Shown in pieces: positions 48,782 to 56,807 of a stretch of 64,000 bases of DNA. Location: positions 47,849-111,848 of the IMG/VR virus record IMGVR_UViG_3300020057_000035, one strand, 5' to 3'. Source of the stretch: a virus. The notes under the pieces were generated by a model. It saw nothing but the letters and a program-made list of their open reading frames with translations. It was not told the origin of the DNA and searched no databases. The translations under genes were made by a program, and so were the position numbers. Position 1 is the first letter of the stretch. Each line of letters begins with the position of its first letter.

Positions 48782-49214
48782 CTTCTACCTCCTCTGGATC
48801 TAATTTCTCTAGCATCCTAATTGCTTTATCACTGTCGTCTGTGTCTATCCAATATCCTATCCAATAATCAATAGCTTGCTGTAATCTTGATCCATCTTTT
48901 TCTTTATATGCTATTAATGAATACTTTAACGCTCTGTCTGGTACAGGAACTTTTGATCTAATAGATGAGATAGTTCCTATGTGTAATGCTGTTTGTGGTT
49001 TAAACCTCTCTTTATACATATCTACTGTTAATAAACACAATAGTTCTATTTGATGTTTATCTGGTATTAATTTAATTAATTCTTTTACCTTACTTCTAGT
49101 TACTGCATACTCTAATTGTAACAATTTTCTATTATATTTTTGCAATAATCTATCATAAATAATATCAGCTAGTTCTTGGTCTTGTGGTTTAGTTTTTTTG
49201 GACGAGACTGCCAT
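48768..49214 (-). CDS. hypothetical protein
   Basis: ORF between polA and dnaB. Confidence 0.6.
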   Translation of the reverse strand: MAVSSKKTKPQDQELADIIYDRLLQKYNRKLLQLEYAVTRSKVKELIKLIPDKHQIELLCLLTVDMYKERFKPQTALHIGTISSIRSKVPVPDRALKYSLIAYKEKDGSRLQQAIDYWIGYWIDTDDSDKAIRMLEKLDPEEVEDYQT

Positions 49215-52200
49215 TTTCCACCGTGTATTCTATTCCTTCTCCCCAATACTGTCCTATTTTAACATTAGCTACAAGCTTTACCGGAGGTACTATGTTGTAT
49301 TTCTTAAAGATTGCTGGGTTTTCCATTATCTCTGCTATTTTTATTCCCCACTCTTCTGCTTTGTCTTCACGTATTTGATAAAGAACAGCATCGTGAATAT
49401 CTCCTACTAATAAACCTTCGGATAATGGCATTATTTTATGTAGTTCATTCATAGCATTTAATGTTAAGTCTCCACCTAATCCTTGTACCGGTGAATTACC
49501 TGTTATAAACACTGAACCTCTTCTTCTAGCTACCCAGAAAGAATTTTCAACAGTAGGACACCAAACTCCTATTTTTTCATTTCTTTTTTCGAACTGTCCT
49601 TCAACTATTTGTGTTTTGTTTCTTTTAAGTAAGGAAACTAAATTAACTATACTAGGCTTAGGGATGTTTTTCATATTTTCAGACAACTTTCTTTCATATT
49701 TTGAATTATCTTTAGTGTATACCGTAGTAGCTATACCTAATAATGAGCATAAAATCTGAAAAAGATCTGTTTGTTCTTTATCTGCACATATAAATCTTCT
49801 GCCTTCTGTTCCATCACCCAGCATCATTGCTTCTAATAATAACTCTGCTTGTTTTCTAGTAAGAGAACAAATAAAATCTATATTTAGTCTCTTATTTGGT
49901 AATAGTTGTCTTATCTGCTTAGCTGTTTCATCAGTAAATGACCAGATGAAACAATCACTCCATTTAATATGAGATTTTTTATGTTTAATGTTTAATGATT
50001 TAAATATATTATCTATTATTTTTACTTTTTCTGAATTCGCTCGATTACTTTGAGTGAGAGATATAGTGGATAGATTATATTTTGGATCAGTTTTAAAGTG
50101 TCCGTCTGTTAAAATCCACCCACATAATGATATAAAATAATCATTATATATAGATATTTCTGGAAAAACATAATTACCAGTTCTGTGTATTCTATTATCT
50201 CCCCATATACCTATATTCTCTGAAGTAACTTCCCTATTTTTACCTGTACTTTTACTTGTAGTCAACCATCTATGATTTGACGTAGTTAATGCATTAAAGG
50301 ATTTAGATTTAAATTCTATTATCTCCCCTTCATATTCCGGGTAAATATTTATTTTTTCAACTTTTTCCCACTCTAATTCATTTGAGATGAAGTTTTTAGT
50401 AAGAACTAAGTCCTCATTGTTTAGTTGATTATAATATAACCACCCTCTCTTAGAAAGAATTTCAGTTTCAAAATCAACACAATTTATTCCTTGGGCTTTA
50501 GCTAACCACTGTTGATAAGAATCATCAGACAGTACTCTAATAAGGTTTCTATTTCTTCCTATAGGGCTCTCTATACTTCTATGTTTAATTACATATCTCT
50601 TAGTTCTCTCGTGCCATCGAACGAGATCGGGAAAAGCTTCGAAGAATCTATCCTTAAATAACTTGGCTTCTTCTATAGTAACTTCTACTCCGAACATATC
50701 TCTTGCATATTCTTTGAATGAAGTATGACTCATTCCATAAATAAAACCAAGAACAATAGCTTTTCCTTTTTGTCTATCTTCTTTTGTTACGTTTTCTTCT
50801 TTTATTCCTAAAACTAAAGATGCAATTTTTCTATACGCATCTCCACCTTCTTTAAAAATAGCCAGTAGGTTTTCTTCTTCTGAAAACCAAGCAGCAATTC
50901 GTACTTCGACCATACTGAAGTCAACCTCTATCAGCTTCCAACCTTTTGGAGCACCTAAACAACCACGTAATCGTGCGTCTCTGGGTACTTGTTGAAGATT
51001 TGGTCTATCACAAGATCTTCTTCCTGTTACAGTTCCAGTTAAATTAAAATACGGATGTATTCTATTGTCGTTATCTATAAACTCTTGCCATTGAACAAAG
51101 AATTGTAATAATTTAGTTACTTTCTTCAATTCTAATAAACTTTTAATTGCCGGATGAACAAGCCTCTTTAATGTTGCTTCATTTACTTGAGCTTGTCCTG
51201 TTTTTTCTGTTGTGCTTATCGGAACGAGACCTAATCCATCTGGTGTAGGACTAAATAGCCATTTCCTAAGAAAGAAAGCATTATCAATATCTGCTGTTTC
51301 TCTAAAATCTTCTGGAATAAAACTTAATACTTTATTTTTAAGTTCTATTTGATCTAATAGTAGTTGTTTTCTTTCTATAGATACCTTTTCTGGATCTACC
51401 CAAATACCATTTAGTTGCATCTGTAATACAGACTTCATTGCAGGAAGTATTAGGTTTTTCATCAATAAAGCTTGAGATTGTCTATTTCGTAACTTACCAG
51501 CTAATTTTTCATAAAGTAAATGAGTGTAACCAACATCGAATCCACAGTAGGATCCCATTCCATTTTCACCCCAAAGATCAGACGGTGGTTTGCCATCATC
51601 TCCCCATTGTTGAATACCTTTACCCCAATTATCTACCCCTAACTCGCTTCCGGCCACATTAAGAAGACTTAACGGTAGTTCTTCATTAAGAAGATGAGCA
51701 GCAACCATAGTATCAAATGCAATAGTGAAATTAATAGGTAAAGTATAATTATATCTTTCAGATAGACGTATTAGGTGTCTTAAATCGAACACAACATTAT
51801 GATTATTTATTTTATTATTAAATAAAACATCACATAGTTTAGTTACTACTTTTTTCATTAATTCTCTATCTTCGCTAAACGGAGATTGAGGATGTTCTAA
51901 AGGTATATGAAAAACCCGTATACCTTTTTCATCTCTATCACCAACAGTAATAGCCATTGTCCACATTTTAGAGTACTCAGGCAAGTAGTCCTTAAATCCT
52001 CTTGTTTCTGTATCAAAAGTAAATACTTTCTTTTTACTATTAACTAGTTCTGTTATTGCGCTATTAAATTGATCTATATTCTCTACATGAATGATGTTTA
52101 CTTTAGGAGCAATGTTTTCTCCTTTAATTATTCTTGCAAATTTTGCAATATCACTAATAAAAAGATCATGATATTGTGGGTTAGTAAGTATATATTCTGA

Positions 52201-52713
52201 TGTAAAAGTAGGTACTACTTTTACATTTCTTGTTTCTGTAAGCAACGGATATTCTATAATCTGTCCTCTACGCTTATCTAATCCTGCTCTGTGCTGAAAG
52301 AAATAAAAAGGAAGTTTACCTAAAGATAATATAGCTATTGGTTTAATATCTTCTATTTCTTTATCTAAATATAAAGAAGTGCATGTTTTCATCGCCGCCT
52401 CTTCTTTTCCTGTATAAAACTCAGAAACTCTGCACTTTGTAGAATAAGTACTATATAAACTACTTAATTCTATTCCCTCATCAGCTAGTACCTGCTCTAA
52501 GTATTGTCTTGCTTTCGTAGGAATAATTCTTCCATAAACATCATCTACATCATTTGGGCTATCAAAAACAATCATACCTTTTGTTTGTAATTTACCTTCT
52601 CCATAAATACATACGTTTTTTGTATATTTATGCAGCTCGCAATTGGTACAATCTTTATTTCTTTTTTCTTTTGAATATTGAATTATTTCATTACTGAGAG
52701 GATCTAGTTCCAC
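49189..52713 (-). CDS. polA: Family A DNA polymerase with N-terminal UDG-like domain, 3'-5' exonuclease and intein
   Basis: CTNCELH UDG4-like N-terminus, FDTET ExoI, TVTGRRS, DFSMVEVR, KAIVLGFIYG, IN|SPVQG, IHDA. Confidence 0.95.
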   Translation of the reverse strand: MELDPLSNEIIQYSKEKRNKDCTNCELHKYTKNVCIYGEGKLQTKGMIVFDSPNDVDDVYGRIIPTKARQYLEQVLADEGIELSSLYSTYSTKCRVSEFYTGKEEAAMKTCTSLYLDKEIEDIKPIAILSLGKLPFYFFQHRAGLDKRRGQIIEYPLLTETRNVKVVPTFTSEYILTNPQYHDLFISDIAKFARIIKGENIAPKVNIIHVENIDQFNSAITELVNSKKKVFTFDTETRGFKDYLPEYSKMWTMAITVGDRDEKGIRVFHIPLEHPQSPFSEDRELMKKVVTKLCDVLFNNKINNHNVVFDLRHLIRLSERYNYTLPINFTIAFDTMVAAHLLNEELPLSLLNVAGSELGVDNWGKGIQQWGDDGKPPSDLWGENGMGSYCGFDVGYTHLLYEKLAGKLRNRQSQALLMKNLILPAMKSVLQMQLNGIWVDPEKVSIERKQLLLDQIELKNKVLSFIPEDFRETADIDNAFFLRKWLFSPTPDGLGLVPISTTEKTGQAQVNEATLKRLVHPAIKSLLELKKVTKLLQFFVQWQEFIDNDNRIHPYFNLTGTVTGRRSCDRPNLQQVPRDARLRGCLGAPKGWKLIEVDFSMVEVRIAAWFSEEENLLAIFKEGGDAYRKIASLVLGIKEENVTKEDRQKGKAIVLGFIYGMSHTSFKEYARDMFGVEVTIEEAKLFKDRFFEAFPDLVRWHERTKRYVIKHRSIESPIGRNRNLIRVLSDDSYQQWLAKAQGINCVDFETEILSKRGWLYYNQLNNEDLVLTKNFISNELEWEKVEKINIYPEYEGEIIEFKSKSFNALTTSNHRWLTTSKSTGKNREVTSENIGIWGDNRIHRTGNYVFPEISIYNDYFISLCGWILTDGHFKTDPKYNLSTISLTQSNRANSEKVKIIDNIFKSLNIKHKKSHIKWSDCFIWSFTDETAKQIRQLLPNKRLNIDFICSLTRKQAELLLEAMMLGDGTEGRRFICADKEQTDLFQILCSLLGIATTVYTKDNSKYERKLSENMKNIPKPSIVNLVSLLKRNKTQIVEGQFEKRNEKIGVWCPTVENSFWVARRRGSVFITGNSPVQGLGGDLTLNAMNELHKIMPLSEGLLVGDIHDAVLYQIREDKAEEWGIKIAEIMENPAIFKKYNIVPPVKLVANVKIGQYWGEGIEYTVENGSLVQKN
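49495..50481 (-). mobile_element. Intein in PolA, LAGLIDADG type, 329 aa
   Basis: CVDFET start, TSNHR, CGWILTDG and MMLGDG, ends FITGN, +1 Ser. Confidence 0.92.
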
Positions 52714-53618
52714 GTGTCTAAAACCTCAGAAACTAACTCAAATGGGCCTCCATTAATGAAATGTATATCTGATCCATTAAATGCTTTTTTATTCACTGTG
52801 TTTCCTATTTTTGTTTTATTAAAATGTATTATCATGAGTGGTGCTTGTTTATTAGTATCTTTACATGTTCCTTTTATTGTTTCAGAAACTGCTTTCAATG
52901 TATGTGGTGTATCCTTGGCTCCATATGGCCTCCAAACAAGATATGTGTCATCTGCTTTAGCTCTACTTTTAATTCTATACCACGATATTTTATCTATAGA
53001 AGGAACTACTTCCCTGTTCTCATTTACCGTGAAGAATGGTAGTATAGCAAATCTTGCTTTGTTTGTCAATACGAAGCCAGACTCTATAGAAAAATCAATA
53101 TTTCTATTGTATAATTCTAAGCCTAAATCTAGTGCTACTTTTCTAATTGGATTTTGTTTTTTGATAACATCTGCTCTATTTTGCAGATGTTGAGTTACTA
53201 GATAGTGTGCGGGCTTAACAAAAGCTCTCGGTACCCACTGATAAATAACTTCTGTAAATAAACATTCTATTTTTTTTATTTGAATCACATACTTTGTTAG
53301 TGCTTTATTTTGTACAATACACATACCATTTAAATGATCTACAGCTAGTTTACTATCGGAGTTAACTACAACAGATTTTGATCCTGCCAATAAAGCAGTT
53401 TGTAAACCCAAAAGAATTGCTGCATGTTCTGCAATATTATTGCTAATATTTAATCCTAAATAAATACATTTATTCCCAAGTTGTTTTAACCCGTCTTGGG
53501 TGAATAGAACAGCCGCTGCTGCTCCGTGTCCGGGGTTTGGTCTTGCTCCACCATCTGTTTTTATTAAAACTTTGTTGAATGCTTCTGTCGGTAAAGACAG
53601 AACATCGGAATTACTCAT
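52704..53618 (-). CDS. rnhA: ribonuclease HI domain fused to an unknown C-terminal domain
   Basis: TDGGARPNPG, NNIAE, SDSKL, WVPR. Confidence 0.8.
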   Translation of the reverse strand: MSNSDVLSLPTEAFNKVLIKTDGGARPNPGHGAAAAVLFTQDGLKQLGNKCIYLGLNISNNIAEHAAILLGLQTALLAGSKSVVVNSDSKLAVDHLNGMCIVQNKALTKYVIQIKKIECLFTEVIYQWVPRAFVKPAHYLVTQHLQNRADVIKKQNPIRKVALDLGLELYNRNIDFSIESGFVLTNKARFAILPFFTVNENREVVPSIDKISWYRIKSRAKADDTYLVWRPYGAKDTPHTLKAVSETIKGTCKDTNKQAPLMIIHFNKTKIGNTVNKKAFNGSDIHFINGGPFELVSEVLDTWN

Positions 53619-54075
53619 ATTCCTCTTTTCGTCCTGTGATTGCTATTGTTAGTGATCTTTCTGTCGAAGGAAGAATAGCTAGATCAAGCATAGAATTAGT
53701 TACTAATTCTTTATCCAAAGCTATTCTCCATTCCTTTTCGTTTAATTCTATTGATTTAACTGATATCACCCGAAGAAAAACCTCGGGGTCTTTAACTTGC
53801 TCTAATAATAACATAGCACATAGCTGAGGGTTTGTCTCTCCTCTGGTTACTCGTAATGCCACACTGTCATTAGGAAGATTCATGTAACTAGATTTTCCCT
53901 CTTGAATTGGTAAAGAATATTTATTTACTATGACTGATATGTCTCTCTTTATTCTATCTTCTTCTTTTTTTAAATAAGATAATGCGTTCTTGGTTTCTTT
54001 CATTTCATCAATAAGAACGTACAGAATCTCTCTCGTTGTGTCATCTAATTCTTCGGTTTCGGGGGATTGGTTCAA
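53611..54075 (-). CDS. hypothetical protein
   Basis: GAGGAG RBS, coiled-coil N-terminus. Confidence 0.6.
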   Translation of the reverse strand: MNQSPETEELDDTTREILYVLIDEMKETKNALSYLKKEEDRIKRDISVIVNKYSLPIQEGKSSYMNLPNDSVALRVTRGETNPQLCAMLLLEQVKDPEVFLRVISVKSIELNEKEWRIALDKELVTNSMLDLAILPSTERSLTIAITGRKEEYE

Positions 54076-54393
54076 TGTTCTCCTCGATCAATTTTTATTT
54101 CGTGTCTGCGAAGCCGTAGAAACACGTTTTCGGCTTCTTTTAGAAAAAAGTAGTAGTTAGGTAGCTCTAGGTGCCCTAATGCCCTTTCCACGCGATTGTG
54201 GACTTCCTCAGAGGCATTAGGACGAGTGCTCGCTAACTACATTTAGCCAAACCCACTATCAGGTCTGTTCTTATGCCCAAAGTAAAGACAAGGTAAAGAT
54301 TTTGCTCTTTTCAAAAGTTTTGTCCACAGATCTGGCTCAACCTCTGTATTATATAGGATACCAGTTTTATTCCTTTAGTATTTTCCGTAGGAA

Positions 54394-55389
54394 TTAAAAC
54401 CCTTCGGTCACTTCTATTAGTTTTGAGATATTAGTGATCGATTTGAACCCACCACGCTCAAAGGTCTCTTTTATCTTCAAATCGGAAGAATCTCTTCCTA
54501 ATCGAGTTAAAGCATTGTACCAACCAAAAAGACTATTTTCCTCAGATCTGAGTGCTTCACTCACTGATCCAACAAAAGAAGTAGGCACCGAGGACTGTCT
54601 TAACAGTTTTTTAATGAAAGCATTTCTTTCATCATCTAATAATTCAGAAAAAGGAACACTTACCTGTGCCATAATCGGTAAAGTGTTTCCATATTCTTCC
54701 ATTAAAGCACATGTATCTCTTGCTGCATTAGCAGCTATTATTGATCTTTCGTTTTGATTAATCCAATCAATATTTCTAACATCTCTTCTTGCATTAATAT
54801 TTTCATTAGCTACTGCACCATTAGTGCAGATTAATCTAAATAATAAACCCCTGATGCCTAATCCAACTTCTGAATTTTCTCTTATCATTATTTCAGATCC
54901 ATATTTAACAATGTCATTGACTTTTGGTGTAACAATATTAGAATCTGAGATAATTCTTAGTTTAATTCCAGTTTCTGACACATTCCATTTTGTTAATGGA
55001 TAAGTAGAATTAATATCTGATAATTTATCAACTAATGTTTTGGGATCAATATTGTTTTTGTTTTCATTAATGATAGAAACAATTCTCTCTTGTTCTATAG
55101 TTAGGATTACATTACCACTTGCTGTGGGTAGTAGTTTATTGAAGTTGTATGCACTTATTTCATTAGTGGTATTAATAATGAATTGTGGTGGTATTCCTAC
55201 TTTTTTAGCTAATTGTTTTGCAGAAAAAGAAGTTAAAGGAAGATTATATGTATTTAGTTGTCCAGTATTTTCATCTATGGATAGATTGCTTATTGGTATT
55301 GTTATTTCTTCTCTAACTCTTGAATTTATTAAAGAGTATAAAGAATTGTAATCTTCTCCTGAAGACTGTAAACTAGGAGATACTTGCAT
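54394..55389 (-). CDS. DUF932-like phage protein
   Basis: FRLICTNG, WYNALT. Confidence 0.55.
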   Translation of the reverse strand: MQVSPSLQSSGEDYNSLYSLINSRVREEITIPISNLSIDENTGQLNTYNLPLTSFSAKQLAKKVGIPPQFIINTTNEISAYNFNKLLPTASGNVILTIEQERIVSIINENKNNIDPKTLVDKLSDINSTYPLTKWNVSETGIKLRIISDSNIVTPKVNDIVKYGSEIMIRENSEVGLGIRGLLFRLICTNGAVANENINARRDVRNIDWINQNERSIIAANAARDTCALMEEYGNTLPIMAQVSVPFSELLDDERNAFIKKLLRQSSVPTSFVGSVSEALRSEENSLFGWYNALTRLGRDSSDLKIKETFERGGFKSITNISKLIEVTEGF

Positions 55390-55591
55390 TATTTTTTGCC
55401 TCTAAAGTTTAATGTTTTTTTCGAATAATTGTTTGCTGGTATGTCTATGGACAGAGCTATTTTAGAAATTCTGCTTCTGGACAAATTGTATTGTAAAGAT
55501 ATTTCTGTAGCAAACCCGCGCGGATATGTTCCGTCTGGTAGTGTGTTTTGTCTTATTTTATTTTCTATTTCTAGTGTATTAAGTGATTTTT

Positions 55592-55924
55592 TCAGTTTAG
55601 TCCTAACTTTTCTTTTAAACTTAATCTGTGTGTGGGGACTACCTCTGTTCCTTTTTGCAATCTATTTGCAAGTAATTTAAGAATTGAAAATGCTAATAGT
55701 TTTGGGTGTGTTCCTGCTGTTTCTACATCTAGTATTCTAACTAACATCCCATTTACTTTTTCTTTTGCAGTACAAGTAGAAGAGTAGAAACTACACTCCC
55801 ATGTTCGTTTTGCTGTGCCTTCTATTACTAAAAAGAATGTTTGTCCTGACGAATCTATATGGCAATTTAATCCTATAGCCCTAAGATATTCAGAAACAGC
55901 GCCGACTGTTACATTATCTTGCAT
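55592..55924 (-). CDS. hypothetical protein
   Basis: ORF. Confidence 0.5.
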   Translation of the reverse strand: MQDNVTVGAVSEYLRAIGLNCHIDSSGQTFFLVIEGTAKRTWECSFYSSTCTAKEKVNGMLVRILDVETAGTHPKLLAFSILKLLANRLQKGTEVVPTHRLSLKEKLGLN

Positions 55925-56049
55925 TAACTTCTTCCTTCAACCATTTCGTAACCTACTTTGTCCAGAAGCGTAAATTCGGGCAATGCCTGCCCTATTTGTT
56001 CTTTTTGTTTTTCGTCTGGGTACAGTCTATATTTGTAAGATTTAAGCAA
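55924..56049 (-). pseudogene. internally deleted tnpB
   Basis: MLKSYKYRLYPDEKQKEQ (TnpB N-terminus) fused to IGQALPEFTLLD (TnpB C-terminal tail). Confidence 0.7.
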
Positions 56050-56427
56050 AGCACCTACCTATACATTATTATATTATATTTGATCATTCATGTATGCAGT
56101 GTATCACGTTTTTGATTATTTGTCAATATCATAAGGGTTAATTCTTGGAAAAAAATCTATTTCTGGCCAACACAAAGGGCACCAAAACTTGCCGGAACAT
56201 TTGTCCCACCAAGTAATTTTACATGACAAACATTTATATTTTGGGTGATCTCTTTGTTTTTGAACAAGAATTGTTTTACTATTTAAACAATTACACGGTT
56301 TTAAAAACATATATTATTGCGAACGAACATTTCCTGTTAATTCTACTTTTGCCTGAACAGAGCCTTGTAATATAACTATTTCTTTGTTGGATCCAATAAG
56401 GTATATTATTTTTGGTGTTGGCACTTA

Positions 56428-56790
56428 TTACTGTCCAGCAACAAGTGTTAGGTATGCTTGCCCGAAAGACAACACAGTATCATTAGGATCATTAGTTCTC
56501 CATAAAGAAAACCAATACCAACCCTCGACCAATGTTAGTGTATCTGCTCTAACTGTTGTTACGTTGGCTCTATCATTAGTTCCTGCTCCATTTACTATTT
56601 GTATATCAGAAGTAGTTGTTTTAGAAAAAACAATTGATCCTTTTGCTGATTTTGATCTAATAATAAACTTTAAAGCCCATCCAGTCATGTCTTGTGCTGT
56701 AACTTTATCTTCTTGTTTTATATTAAAGCGCCAAACAAGATCTGCACCAGCAAACCATTGTCCTCTATTAATTGTAGTCTCAATAGCCAT
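56428..56790 (-). CDS. putative virion structural (baseplate/tail-associated) protein
   Basis: DMTGW.LKFII...DT.TL..G.YW pattern of BppU-like beta domains. Confidence 0.5.
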   Translation of the reverse strand: MAIETTINRGQWFAGADLVWRFNIKQEDKVTAQDMTGWALKFIIRSKSAKGSIVFSKTTTSDIQIVNGAGTNDRANVTTVRADTLTLVEGWYWFSLWRTNDPNDTVLSFGQAYLTLVAGQ

Positions 56791-56807
56791 ATTTTTCTAC
56801 GAAATCC

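Noticed and set aside
54185-54215. CTGAGGA-stem on the minus strand resembling a hammerhead core, and GAGGAAGTCC resembling RNase P
   Set aside because: Stem II is not followed by a correctly placed CGAAA, and there is no RNase P 3' P4 partner or sufficient length
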